Source: Methylophilaceae bacterium
Lineage (GTDB): Bacteria; Pseudomonadota; Gammaproteobacteria; Burkholderiales; Methylophilaceae
Length of the DNA: 64,000 nt
Reading direction: 5' to 3'
NCBI GenBank assembly: GCA_029244935.1
Contig: JAQWQF010000011.1
Span: 1,650-65,649, forward strand
The notes below the pieces were generated by a model. It was not told the DNA's origin. It was given only the letters and a program-made list of their open reading frames with translations, and made no database searches. The translations under genes were made by a program, and so were the position numbers. Positions 63,298 to 64,000 of this stretch are shown one piece after another (positions within the stretch are counted from its first letter, which is position 1; each line of letters begins with the position of its first letter).

Positions 63298-64000
63298 ATT
63301 AATAGTCCTACTGATTTTGTTGCTCACAGGCTGCTATCAGAATGAAATAATGCAGAAAAAAGAATATATTTTTGGGACCATAGTCGAAGTAACAATTTAT
63401 GGAGAAACTAAAGATCACGCTTCAGATGCAATAGAACTCGTTTTTAAAGAGTTTCGACGATTGCATAATTACCTTCATCCATGGAAAAAAAGCATTATTC
63501 AAGACATCAATCAATCAATCAAGAATGAAAAAATTTACACAACCGATGATGAAGAAATTCTTTCAATCATTAAACATAATAAGGAGCTTGAATCAATGAC
63601 ATCTGGCTACTTTAATCCTGCTATTGGTAATCTTATTAAAGCGTGGGGATTTCATAGAGATCAAAACCCTACCGACAGGCCTAATTCAATCCTAATTGAT
63701 AATCTCCAAAGAAATCTTCCACATATGTCAGAAATAAATATCCATAGAGGCTATATAGAGTCTAAAAATAAAAATATACAACTTGATCTTGGTGGTTATG
63801 CAAAAGGATATGCACTTGATCAGGCAAAAAAAATTCTTAGTGAAAATAATATAAATAATGCCCTAATTAATATTGGTGGAAATATTCTAGCCCTAGGTAA
63901 ACATGGGGATAGAAATTGGGTTGTTGGTATTCAAAATCCTAGGAAACCTAATCCAATTGGATCAATTAGTCTTAATCCTGGATGGTCAATTGGAACATCA
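63284..64000 (+). CDS. apbE: FAD:protein FMN transferase ApbE, lipoprotein; C-terminus lies beyond the window
   Basis: Not in the track because there is no stop in the window. From ATG 63284 it reads MHFNKLIVLLILLLTGCYQN (lipobox), then YIFGTIVEVTIYG, SGYFNPAIGNLIKAWGFH and LDLGGYAKGYALD, all typical of ApbE. It overlaps gshB by 14 nt. Confidence 0.88.
   Translation, partial: MHFNKLIVLLILLLTGCYQNEIMQKKEYIFGTIVEVTIYGETKDHASDAIELVFKEFRRLHNYLHPWKKSIIQDINQSIKNEKIYTTDDEEILSIIKHNKELESMTSGYFNPAIGNLIKAWGFHRDQNPTDRPNSILIDNLQRNLPHMSEINIHRGYIESKNKNIQLDLGGYAKGYALDQAKKILSENNINNALINIGGNILALGKHGDRNWVVGIQNPRKPNPIGSISLNPGWSIGTS

Overview
This is a 64-kb, very AT-rich (about one-third G+C by eye) and extremely gene-dense chromosomal core segment. 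I place 68 protein-coding genes, two of them cut by the window edges. My tally of the gaps gives only about 2.2 kb (~3.4%) of non-coding DNA.

Almost everything is recognisable housekeeping:
- plsY/folB, xerD, the rpsP-rimM-trmD-rplS ribosomal operon, and queE-queC
- the complete ybgC-tolQRAB-pal-cpoB envelope system, yebC-ruvCAB, aspS, ssb, uvrA and aroE
- glnA-ntrBC with readable sigma-54 promoters and NtrC sites
- a major porin, dgt-aroB-aroK and PBP1a
- rpe-gph-trpEGDC-hemB, hemA-prfA-prmC, metXW, ampG, xthA, pyrE and gatCAB
- mreBCD-mrdA-rodA-rlpA, ybeD-lipBA, gshAB and apbE

Several arrangements point to a beta-proteobacterium (or a Pseudomonas-like gamma-proteobacterium): uvrA divergent from MFS-ssb, rpe-gph-trpEGDC, metXW, the short gshA type next to gshB, and mrcA beside aroK-aroB. 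The compaction and base composition suggest a genome-streamlined free-living lineage. OM43/Methylophilaceae-like is a guess, not a determination.

I saw no rRNA, tRNA, CRISPR array, transposase, phage or island genes. I do not find a convincing novel multi-gene system in this window. The best leads are local oddities:
1. Ribosomal protein L19 carries a 75-aa tail built from near-perfect 33-bp tandem repeats, and S16 in the same operon carries an Ala/Glu/Lys tail.
2. ruvC has no ATG/GTG/TTG start and probably initiates at ATT.
3. A TPR protein with a glycosyltransferase-like C-terminal domain sits directly behind uvrA.
4. An uncharacterised 201-aa gene is tightly coupled to PBP1a.
5. A perfect 16-bp palindrome and a TATAAT box lie immediately before metX.
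6. pilMNOPQ is apparently missing between mrcA and aroK.
7. Three convergent gene pairs have overlapping 3' ends.
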